Assembly: GCF_004010195.1 (NCBI RefSeq)
Contig: NC_057750.1
Location: 19,953,215 to 19,985,446, forward strand
Direction of reading: 5' to 3'
Source: Chiloscyllium plagiosum
Lineage: Eukaryota
DNA: 32,232 nucleotides
Position numbers and translations under genes: made by a program. A model generated the notes under the pieces. It worked only from the letters and a program-made list of their open reading frames with translations. It searched no databases and was not told the DNA's origin. This document shows positions 22,464 through 32,232 of the stretch, in pieces; within the stretch, counting starts at the first letter, position 1, and each line of letters begins with the position of its first letter.

Positions 22464-22583
22464 TGAGGACAGGCCATGTCTGCCATAATCCTACTGAATA
22501 GTGGAACATATATGAGAGGGCTGAATGGCCTCCTTCTATATCTATCTTGTAGTTAATGGCTTGTCAAATAAAAGCTCACTCAC

Positions 22584-22894
22584 CGTACATGGCTAGTTGA
22601 ACTGTCTCTGAAGTTTAATTCCTAACTCTCTTGTTACAATCACTTCATACACTCCAGCGTCCTCTCTGTCCGAAATTCATTGATTAGGAGACTCCTTTTC
22701 TTGAACTCCTTCGTGCCAAGATATTTCACATTCCCACTTGAGCATCTTGCCATTTTGGTGTCATGTGACGATTGTATCTGGACAACTTCATAATCCGTCA
22801 ATCTGTTTGGGATCTCCAGAGGTAAGGAGACTGACTGACTGACCCAAGGATCCGTTCACAGGTGGACAGGCGGCCCGACTCTGAGCTGAGGGAA
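22584..22894 (-). pseudogene. Disabled IgV exon of a SLAM/CD2-family paralog
   Basis: Reverse complement aligns to exon 7543-7872: VNGSLGQSV/SLPLEIPNRLTDYEVVQIQSSHDTKMARCSSGNVKYLGTKEFKKR-SLLINEFR/REDAGVYEVIVTRELGIK/SETVQLAMY, then G|GTGAGT. Acceptor AG is TG. Indels +4, -24, +2 and -1 account exactly for 311 vs 330 nt. Confidence 0.9.
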
Positions 22895-23705
22895 CAAGGG
22901 GACACAGTCAGTGGGCATGGAAGGAAACAGGCTGAGTCAAGGAAGGAACTATTTGAATTTATAGAACTAGCCAGAACAGGAGAGGCCATTTAGCCTATCA
23001 TGCCTGTGCTGGCTCTTAGTGTATTCTAATTAACCCAACTCTCCCCTGCTCTTGTCCCATTGATCTGTAAATTTCTCCCTTTCAAATGCTTCTACGAAAT
23101 CCCCTTTTTGAAAATTCCGACTGAATCTGCTTCCACTGCCCTTTAGGCACTCTCCCAATCACAACCACTCACTCTATCAGAATATTTCCTCCTCTCTTCC
23201 TGGTTCTTTTACCGATTCTGACAATGCGTCCCTCTAGTTCCTCACCCTCCTGCTATTGGAAATGGCGCTGCCTTATTAACGCAATCAAAAGAGACCCTTA
23301 GATGCCTCGATGCATTCACCCTTAGACTTCTCTGTTCTAAGGGAAACTTACTGGCTGCAGTTCCTCCACATTAAAGGAAGTCCCTCATCTCTGGGACCGA
23401 GCCAGTAAATCATATCCATACATCAGCCCAAGTGGGAAACAAAACAGAAATGAGAGAGGGAGAATCACTAACCCTTCCGGATATAACTCCAGGCAGATTA
23501 CGGAAATGCCAGCAAAATGCAAACTAAAAATTTTCCCGGTCCATTTTCCTTCAGGAAGAGGATCACAGAGAGACTTTAAATAGTGAAGAAGGTGGCTGGG
23601 GATGGGATTAGGTTGAATGTTGGGTTAGGGAAGGCTTCATTAGGATTTTGAGGGCTGTCTCACTTCTTTCCCTCAGGTCAGTGTTGGCAGGCAGTCTGAC
23701 TAAAG

Positions 23706-23932
23706 TCCGAGTGTGGCGCTGGAAAAGCACAGCGGGTCAGGCAGCATCTGAGGAGCAGGAGAATCGACATTTCAGGCATGAGGCCTTCATCAGGAATGAG
23801 GCTTGTGGGCCTAGGGAGGCTGAGAGATAAATGGGAGAGGGGGTTTTGGGTGGAGGGGAAGGATGCTGCCTGGCCTGCTGTACTTTTCCAGCACCACACT
23901 CTCGACTCTGATCTGCAGAGCTCACTTTCTCC
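23706..23932. mobile_element. Short non-autonomous Penelope-derived hairpin element with 14 bp target-site duplication
   Basis: Inverted ends GAGTGTGGCGCTGGAAAAG / CTTTTCCAGCACCACACTC. Flanked by CAGTCTGACTAAAG at 23692-23705 and 23933-23946. Hammerhead-like core on the minus strand at ~23767-23793. Confidence 0.8.
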
Positions 23933-24709
23933 CAGTCTGACTAAAGGCTGAATGAAGCAAAGTAATGCAGGATAATACAGGAAACCAGGCTGGGAGGAAG
24001 TACCATCAAAATTAGATGGGCCAACAGATGATGTCAAGGTGTTATTCAGCGACATGATGACAGGGGTTGGATATTTGTGTTCCTCTGTGTTGGTGATGGT
24101 GGGAGGGGTATTTCGTCTCCTTTCACAACGTTTTATTTGGTAGAACTGGGATCCATCCAATAGCTTCAGCTGACTCGGTGTGAGCACTTGCAATGTGACC
24201 AAGAAGTGATCTCTCAGGGGTAGAGTTCAGTATGTAGGGCAATAGCCTGACTGCGATCACTGGTCATAATCTGAGCAGTTCCACTGATGGAGAAATTAAG
24301 CGGCCACGTCTTCAGCCAGGCCATCTTCAAGTGGTTGAGGATTGCCTAGATTTTCCATGGTTGGTCAAGACCTGAGACTTTGCTGCTGGTACAGATGCTG
24401 GATTGGTGTGGTTGACATTGTTAGCCAAGTGCCAGGAGGTGCACTATTAAGAGGTGGGGCTGTCATCAGATGGCTGATTGTCAGTGTGTTTCATTGGGTG
24501 CTAAAGGATTGAAGGTGAGTCCCGAGTGAATTGGTATTTGTTAACTCTCAGACAATGGTGCTTTTTGATGAAGATTAGCATGTCTTGCAATAGGAAGTCA
24601 CCCCATGCCATGATAGTTAGTATAGGGTGCAAGGTTGAATCACTCATTTGTTTTCTTCCCACACATTCCCTTTATGTTCCAGAGATTTTTCTATTTGTCT
24701 GTGGCATTC

Positions 24710-24995
24710 TTGATGTGTGGAAGCCCCCAACATTATCCCAGTCCCAAACATCCAACTTGGCAACCGTCTTCCGGACCCGTCCATCGCTCCCCCCTCTGAC
24801 CCATCACCTTCTCCCTGACCTTCATCCACCTATCGCTTTCCCAGCTAGACTTCCCCCAACCCCACCTCCCTCCCATTTATCTCTCAGCCCCGACCCACAA
24901 TCCTCATTCCTGATAAAGGGCTTACGCCTGAAATGTCGATTCTCTTGCTCCTCGGATGCTGCCTGACCTGCTGTGTTTTTCCAGCAACACAGTCA
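24710..24995 (+). mobile_element. Penelope-like 3' end fragment
   Basis: Homologous to 9660-9985 and 2370-2690. Confidence 0.75.
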
Positions 24996-25002
24996 TGACT
25001 TA

Positions 25003-25630
25003 TAGAGTCATAGAGTCACAGAGACGTACAGCATGGAAATAGACCCTTCGGTCCAACCCGTCCATGCCAACCAGATATCCCAACCCAATCTAGTCCCACC
25101 CGGCCCATATCCCTCCAAACCCTTCCTATTAATATACCCATCCAAATGCCTCTTAAATGCTGTAATTGTACCAGCCTCCACCACATCCTCTGGCAGCTCA
25201 TTCCATACATGTACCATCCTCTGTGTGAAAAAGTTGCCCCTTAGGTCTCTTTTATATCTTTCCCTGCTCACCATAAACCTATGCCCCTCTAGTTCTAGAC
25301 TGCCCCACCCCAGGGAAAAGACTTTGTCTATTTATCCTATCCATGCCCCTCATAATTTTTTAAACCTCTATAAGGTCAGCCCTCAGCCTCCGACGCTCCA
25401 GGGAAAACAGCCCCAGCCTGTTCAGCCTGTCCCTATAGCTCAGATCCTCCAACCCTGGCAACATTCTTGTAAATCTTTTCTGAACCCTTTCAAGTTTCAC
25501 ATCTTTCCGATAGGAAGGAGACCAGAATTGCACACAACAGTGGCCTAACCAATGTCCTGTCCAGCCGTAATATGACCTCCCAACTCCTGTACTCAATACT
25601 CTGACCAATAAAAACAAGCATACCAAATGT
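25003..25630 (-). mobile_element. CR1 LINE 3' fragment
   Basis: ORFs 25360..25626(-) [29 protein letters not shown] and 25008..25274(-) RGNFFTQRMVHVWNELP. Tail repeats at 25003-25022. Confidence 0.92.
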
Positions 25631-26280
25631 CTTTTGACTTGCGACCTTGATCTGTTCAGTTAGACCACAAAGGCTGCTCATTTCTGTTCAGGAGGTCATA
25701 AATATTGGCATTGTTTTCATCCAACCAGTGTTAGTGACGATGCCAGTGAAACTCAATTGCCTGGTGCCAGGTGTCCAACAAAGCAGACTTAATTTGATCC
25801 TGCTGTCCAGGAATTAAAATGGATGTATGAAGACATTCCAGATAGGTTGTGAGCTGCACATAAATTTGTTGCTTCAATTGAACGACTTGAGGGCTGAGAT
25901 CTGAGATATCTGGTGCTTGATGGTTGAGTGCTTCTGATCACACAAGATGCTTACCTTCCCAGCTGGCATCAGTAACTTGCATGAATCGATTGATATGGTT
26001 TATCACTTAGAACATTACAATTTGTAATTACAGCCAATATTTAGACCAGTTTTGAACCGTTTAAGGTTGAGGCCTCACCAGAGTTTAGGGGCTCAGGGTA
26101 GAATGGTTGAATTAGAATCAGGGTCAGGGTTTAGTGATAGGTCCGGAGTTATGACTGATGTTTTGGGAGATTACAACTTATGTTTGGTAATGGTCAGGGA
26201 CATGGGTCACAGTTGAAGCTTGGTCACACTTTCTGGTTTGGAGCTACTATCTGATTTTGGGGTTGTCAGGTTTTTCTTCA

Positions 26281-26452
26281 GAGTTGAAGAGTGTGGTGCT
26301 GAAAAAGCACAGACTGTTAGACAAATCCTGATGAAGAGCTTTTGCTCGAAACAAAGACTCTCCGGCTCCTCGGATGCTGCCTAAGTGGCTGTGCTTATCC
26401 AGCACCACACTCTTCGACTCTGATCTCCAGTATGTGCAGTCCTCACTTTCTC
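26281..26452. mobile_element. Short Penelope-derived hairpin element enclosing a hammerhead-like core
   Basis: Inverted ends GAGTTGAAGAGTGTGGTGCTG / CAGCACCACACTCTTCGACTC. CTGATGA-A-GAGC-TTTT-GCTC-GAAA at 26328-26351. Confidence 0.78.
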
Positions 26453-26854
26453 CAGGGTTTTAATCAGAGTCCATTTTTGGGGGTCAGGGTCAGCTTTTGA
26501 GATATAAGTCAGATGTTTGGTGGTGACAGTTAGGTTTTAATGGCTGGAATAAGGTTCTTCAGGTCAGAATTGGGGAATTAAATTCAAGCAATAGGAGTTA
26601 AGAACTGGAGTTCTAAGTGTCAGGGCTTGGCTTTCGGGTGGCATTTTATAGAGGTAGGGGTGGCCTTTAGAAGTTAGGGTTTGGTTTGGATGCCAAGAGT
26701 TGGATTGGTTTCAAAGTTAAGGCCAGGTTTGACATTTGGTTGAGTTTAAGGTAGGGTTTGTGGATTTTGAATTTTGGGATAAAGTTGGCTGTTGGGTTAT
26801 CCCATTCTTTGTTTTGGGGTGCAAGAATTAGGATTTCAGTTTAGAGTCATGGTG

Positions 26855-27465
26855 TAAAGCTGATCATCGACTTCAGGGAGCAAGGTGGAGGGCATGCGTC
26901 TGTCTACATCAATGGAGCTGAGGTGCAGATGGTCGAGAGCGTCAAGTCCCTCGGAGTGATGATCACCAACGATCTGTCCTGGTCCATCCATATTGATGCG
27001 AAAGTCAAGAAAAAATACAATGCCTCTTCTTCATTGGGAGGCTATGGAAATTTGGCATGACCATAAAGACTTTTTTTTTACAGGTGCGCTCTTTCCAAGA
27101 TTGTAAGAAATTACAGAGAATTGTGAACACAGCCCAGACCATCAGACAAGCCAACCTTCCGTCCATTGATTCCATCTACACGTCTTGCTGCCTTGATAAG
27201 GCAGCTAACATCATCAAGGACCTCTCCCACCCCAGTCATAATTTCTTCCATCAGGCAGACGATACAAAAGCAGATTCAAGAACAGCTTCTTCTCTGCTGT
27301 TATTCTGAATGGACGTCTCAAATTTTAACGTTGATCTTGTTATTGTACATCTTCTTTGCATCCATAACTTTGTATTTCTTGCGCTGTTCACTCACTCGAT
27401 GATCTTTGCGTGGTACAACCTGCCCTGCTGCACGCAAAACTAAGTTTTATGCTGTACTTAGGTAT
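26855..27465 (+). mobile_element. Rex1-like LINE 3' fragment (internally deleted)
   Basis: Collinear similarity with 4335-5020 (AGCTGATCATCGACTTCAGG...; KKLQRIVNTAQTI). Confidence 0.75.
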
Positions 27466-27809
27466 TTCGGGGGTGAGGGGGGTGGGTTGCGAGATTTGAC
27501 TTTTGGGCAGTTGGGTTCAGGACGAACATTTTGCCCGCAGGATTGATATCTGAAGTTCAGGCCGGGCTTGGGCGCTTGGGAGATTTATAGCAATTAGGAT
27601 GTTCTAATCGCGTTTGAGCAGGCTCTGGCACATGGAAAGTTAGAGTGCCCGGGGTTGCATTCAGCTTGGGAGATGATCAGGATTGGGTTTTGCACCGTCA
27701 GGGACAGCAGACAGGGGCTTGGTTTGAACTAGCATTGCCTTTGGGCTTCAGAGATGGCTTTTGCAAGGCAGAGCGAGGGAGTGGGCTTTCGCTCAATGAT
27801 GGAGCCCTG

Positions 27810-28260
27810 GCTGACCGTTATCGACCGTTATCCAGCACCTGCGCCACGTGCCGTTTGAATTCGAAGCGCGCGCTTGAAATGCGGCGCGTGACTACGTTTG
27901 GTTTGTTGGGGGGGGGGCGGAATCAGACGGTATAGCCTCCATCTGATTGGTTCCCCTTCACCCCACCCCACCACCCGGACCAATCGGAGAAAAGGACCCG
28001 GCGTTGCCGGCGGGGACCCGGCGATCAGATTGGCTCATTTCCCACGTGGGACCTGGAAACGCGCATTCAGCGGGAGGGAAGCGTCGGCCCCGCCCACCTT
28101 GCTCCTGATTGGACACTCGGGTCTTCACGAGGCGCCCTTGGAGCTGTCCGATTGGCGGGGACCCACGTGGGGTGGGCGGGAGCGCATGGTCTGATCTGAT
28201 TGGCTGGTCGGATCGTTTTTCCCCACCCCCCCGACGGATGTCAATCCCTCCGCGGGATGG
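27810..28260. promoter_or_regulatory. CpG-island promoter with six CCAAT boxes, three CACGTG E-boxes, GC boxes, CHR-like and MYB-like sites
   Basis: ATTGG/CCAAT at 27946, 27980, 28029, 28108, 28151 and 28199. CACGTG at 27845, 28043 and 28164. GC boxes near 27914, 28088 and 28174. TTTGAA at 27854. CCGTTA at 27815 and 27825. CpG density is visibly far above the flanks. Confidence 0.8.
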
Positions 28261-28910
28261 GAGTGGGTCGGGAACCGGGGGAATGGCGGTGGCGTTGGTG
28301 CTGCTGGTCGTGATTGATGGTGCCCTCGTGAGGATGGGTATATCCGGGAAGCAGCAAAAAGAAACGGAAATGTGCGGGGGGGGGGGGCTGGGTTGTTGGG
28401 AGNNNNNNNNNNNNNNNNNNNNNNNNNNNNNNNNNNNNNNNNNNNNNNNNNNNNNNNNNNNNNNNNNNNNNNNNNNNNNNNNNNNNNNNNNNNNNNNNNN
28501 NNNNNNNNNNNNNNNNNNNNNNNNNNNNNNNNNNNNNNNNNNNNNNNNNNNNNNNNNNNNNNNNNNNNNNNNNNNNNNNNNNNNNNNNNNNNNNNNNNNN
28601 NNNNNNNNNNNNNNNNNNNNNNNNNNNNNNNNNNNNNNNNNNNNNNNNNNNNNNNNNNNNNNNNNNNNNNNNNNNNNNNNNNNNNNNNNNNNNNNNNNNN
28701 NNNNNNNNNNNNNNNNNNNNNNNNNNNNNNNNNNNNNNNNNNNNNNNNNNNNNNNNNNNNNNNNNNNNNNNNNNNNNNNNNNNNNNNNNNNNNNNNNNNN
28801 NNNNNNNNNNNNNNNNNNNNNNNNNNNNNNNNNNNNNNNNNNNNNNNNNNNNNNNNNNNNNNNNNNNNNNNNNNNNNNNNNNNNNNNNNNNNNNNNNNNN
28901 NNNNNNNNNN

Positions 28911-29560
28911 CAGTGGGAGAGATCTGAGGCTCTGGGTTGGAGCGTCAAGAGATTGAGTGGATGTGGCGGAGGGAGTGGGGACCAGAGGGTTGAGGCGGTT
29001 GAGTAAGGGGGGTCTGCAGTTGTGGGGTTGGAGGGTGGAGAGATTGAGTGGGAGGGGTGGAGGCCAGAGGGATGAGAAGGGTCTTTGAGAGAGTGCGGGT
29101 TGAGGAGGTTCAGTAGGAGGAGTGGAGGGAGTTGGGCCGGAGGGTTGAAGAGTTTGAATGGCTCGGTCTTTGAGTCAGTGTGGGTCAATGAGATTTGAGT
29201 GCAAGAAGTCTGAGGTAGGGATCTACTGTGATGTTGGAGTGTTCAAGGAGTTTGAATGGGAGGTGTCCATGGGGAGGTGTCTGACAAACTGGGTTCAGTG
29301 TGGAGGAGTTTAAATGGAAGTGGCTTCAGCGGAGCAGTAAAGAGTTTGAGTAGGAGAAGGAGTTTTTAGAGAATGGTGCTCCAATAGACTTGTATGTTGA
29401 GTGGGAGAAGTCTGTTGGGTTTGTGTGTGGGATCGGGAGTTGATTGAGAGGAGTCTGTCGAGGAGAGCTTCATGCAGGGAGAGTTCTCTGGGGTTAGGGT
29501 TCTGTAGGAGAATGCTGTTTGATAGGGAGATGAGTTCATAAGATATTTTTGAGAAAAGTT
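28911..29560 (+). repeat. Low-complexity G/A/T-rich, C-poor tract
   Basis: Degenerate GAG/GTG/GGTTGAG words with strong strand asymmetry and no credible ORF. Confidence 0.55.
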
Positions 29561-29966
29561 GCTTTGAGCAGCTTATTCTGGAATCAGCCAGAGAGCAGGC
29601 TATTCTGCATCGAAGAACATGCAAGGGCCAGGCTCAATTAATGACCCTGTAGCAAAGGAGATTCGAGATAGTTAAACAGATATTTTCTGTCTGTCTTTGC
29701 TATAGAGGATACAAATAATGTCAAAGTCATCGGACATTAAGAGGTAAAAGGGTAGGAGAAACCTAAAATGATTAATACTGTAACAGCAAAAAAAGGATGC
29801 TCAGTAAACAGTTTGGAAAATTATAAATGTAATTCCTCACTTTGCTGAAGGAAGGAAATAGAAAGCAGGAAACTACAGGCCAGTTAGCTTAATAGGTGGC
29901 ACAGGGAATATGTTAGAATCTATTATTAAGGAGGTTACAGCAAGACACTTCAGAAATCGCAATCCA

Positions 29967-32232
29967 GTCATAGAGACGTACAGCATAGAAACAGACCCTT
30001 CGGTCCAACCCGTTCATGCCGACCAGATATCCCAACCCAATCTAGTCCCACCTGCCAGCACCCGGCCCATATTCCTCCAAACCCATCCAGATGCCTTTTA
30101 AATGCTGTAATTGTACCAGCCCCCACCACATCCTCTGGCAGCTCATTCCGTACACGTACCACCCTCTGTGGAAAAAGTTGCCCCTTAGGTCTCTTTTATA
30201 TCTTTCCCCTCGCACCCTAAACCTATGCACCTCTAGTTCTGGACTCCCCGACCCCAGGGAAAAGACTTTGNNNNNNNNNNNNNNNNNNNNNNNNNNNNNN
30301 NNNNNNNNNNNNNNNNNNNNNNNNNNNNNNNNNNNNNNNNNNNNNNNNNNNNNNNNNNNNNNNNNNNNNNNNNNNNNNNNNNNNNNNNNNNNNNNNNNNN
30401 NNNNNNNNNNNNNNNNNNNNNNNNNNNNNNNNNNNNNNNNNNNNNNNNNNNNNNNNNNNNNNNNNNNNNNNNNNNNNNNNNNNNNNNNNNNNNNNNNNNN
30501 NNNNNNNNNNNNNNNNNNNNNNNNNNNNNNNNNNNNNNNNNNNNNNNNNNNNNNNNNNNNNNNNNNNNNNNNNNNNNNNNNNNNNNNNNNNNNNNNNNNN
30601 NNNNNNNNNNNNNNNNNNNNNNNNNNNNNNNNNNNNNNNNNNNNNNNNNNNNNNNNNNNNNNNNNNNNNNNNNNNNNNNNNNNNNNNNNNNNNNNNNNNN
30701 NNNNNNNNNNNNNNNNNNNNNNNNNNNNNNNNNNNNNNNNNNNNNNNNNNNNNNNNNNNNNNNNNNNNNNNNNNNNNNNNNCTGAAAAACAACCCTCCAC
30801 CACCACCCTCTGTCTTCTACCTTTGAGCCAGTTCTGTATCCAAATGGCTAGTTCTCCCTGTATTCCGTGAGATCTAACCTTGCTAATCAGTCTCCCATGG
30901 GGAACCTTGTCGAACGCCTTACTGAAGTCTATATAGATCACGTCTGCCACTCTGCCCTCATCAATCCTCTTTGTTACTTCCTCAAAAATCTCAATCAAAT
31001 TTGTAAGACATGATTTCCCACGCACAAAGCCACGTTGACTGTCCCTAATCAGTCCTTGCCTTTCCAAATACATGTACATCCTGTCCCTCAGGATTCCCTC
31101 CAACAACTTGCCCACCACCGAGGTCAGGCTCACTGGTCTATAGTACCCTAGCTTGTCTTTACCGCCCTTCTTAAACAGTGGCACCACGTTAGCTAACCTC
31201 CAGTCTTCTGGCACCTCAACTGTGACTATCGATGATACAAATATCTCAGCAAGAGGCCCAGCAATCACTTCTCGAGCTTCCCACAGGGTTCTCGGGTACA
31301 CCTGATCAGGTCCTGGGGATTTATCCACCTTTACCCATTTCAAGACATCCAGCACTTCCTCTTCTGTAATCTGGACATTTTGCAAGATGTCACCATCTAT
31401 TTCCCTACAGTCTATATCTTCCATATCCTTTTCCACAGTAAATATTGATGCAAAATATTCATTTAGTATCTCCCCCATTTTCTGTGGCTCCACACAAAGG
31501 CCGTCTTGCTGATCTTTGAGGGGCCCTATTCTCTCCCTAGTGACCCTTTTGTCCTAAATGTATTTGTAAAAAACTTTGGATTCTCCTTAATTCTATTTGC
31601 CAAAGCTATCTCATGTCCCCATTTTTCCCTCCTGATTTCCCTCTTAAGTATACTCCTACTTCCTTTATACTCTTCTAAGGATTCACTCGATCTGTCCTGT
31701 CTATACCTGACATATGCTTCCTTCTTTTTCTTAACCAAACCCTCAATTTCTTTAGTCATCCAGCATTCCCTATACCTACCAGCCTTCCCTCTCACCCTGA
31801 CAGGAATATACTTTTTCTGGATTCTCGTTATCTCATTTCTGAAAGCTTCCCAATTTCCAGCCGTCCCTTTACCTGCGAACATCTGCCTCCAATCAGCTTT
31901 CGAAAGATCTTGTCTAATACAGTCAAAATTGGCTTTTCTCCAATTTAGAACTTCAACTTTTAGATCTAGTTATCCTTTTCCATCACTATTTTAAATCTAA
32001 TGGCATTATGGTCGCTGCCCCAAAGTGCCCCCCCCCCCCCTGACACCTCAGTCACCTGCCCTGCCTTATTTCCCAAGAGTAGGTCAAGTTTTGCACCTTC
32101 TCTAGTAGGTACATCCACATACTGAATCAGAAAATTGTCTTGTACACACTTAAGAAATTCCTCTCCATCTAAACCCTTAACACTATGGCAGTCCCAGTCT
32201 ATGTTTGGAAAGTTAAAATCCCCTACCATAAC
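29967..32232 (-). mobile_element. Relatively young CR1 LINE (APE endonuclease C-terminus plus RT of ORF2), extending beyond the window, gap 30271-30781
   Basis: VGDFNFPNIDW...LDLLL...GSDHNAI (endonuclease), then KSPGPDQVYPRTL, YRPVSLTSVVGKLLE, DVIYIDFSKAFDKVPH. ORF2 is split into three pieces by frameshifts near 31960 and 31550. Confidence 0.96.

Noticed and set aside
25955..26005. Possible small - strand exon ending in a strong AAG|GTAAGC donor
   Set aside because: Weak acceptor, no recognisable peptide and no partner exon. It cannot be supported without transcripts.
28029..28170. ER-stress elements (ERSE/ERSE-II) suggested by ATTGG...CCACG pairs
   Set aside because: Spacing is 7-8 nt in ATTGG-N-CCACG orientation, fitting neither CCAAT-N9-CCACG nor ATTGG-N1-CCACG. 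Treated as NF-Y plus E-box modules.

Overview
Eukaryotic genomic DNA from a draft assembly with six N-gaps. It is very probably shark (elasmobranch), inferred from HE1-type SINEs plus CR1, Penelope-like and Rex1-like retroelements. The main gene, read by hand from splice sites, is a six-exon + strand CD2/SLAM-family immunoreceptor (5636-14910, about 342 aa). It encodes a leader, a Cys-less IgV, a 4-Cys IgC2, a TM segment and a cytoplasmic tail. The tail has a CD4/CD8-like K-T-C-x-C motif, one intact ITSM (TVYSQV) and a second ITSM-shaped motif with His in place of Tyr (TVHVTV). Intron 4 is a GC-AG intron. A disabled paralogous IgV exon lies on the - strand (22584-22894) and is not translated in its Ig frame by the ORF track. 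A CpG-rich promoter at about 27.8-28.3 kb carries six CCAAT boxes, E-boxes, GC boxes, CHR-like and MYB-like sites. The rest is repeats: CR1, Rex1-like and L2-like LINE pieces, a Gypsy integrase relic, HE1 SINEs, Penelope-like elements with minimal hammerhead-ribozyme motifs, and three tandem arrays (52-53, ~70 and 92 bp units). I see no clear evidence of a wholly new biological system. The best leads are the receptor's signalling motifs, the pseudo-exon and the short hammerhead-bearing hairpin elements.
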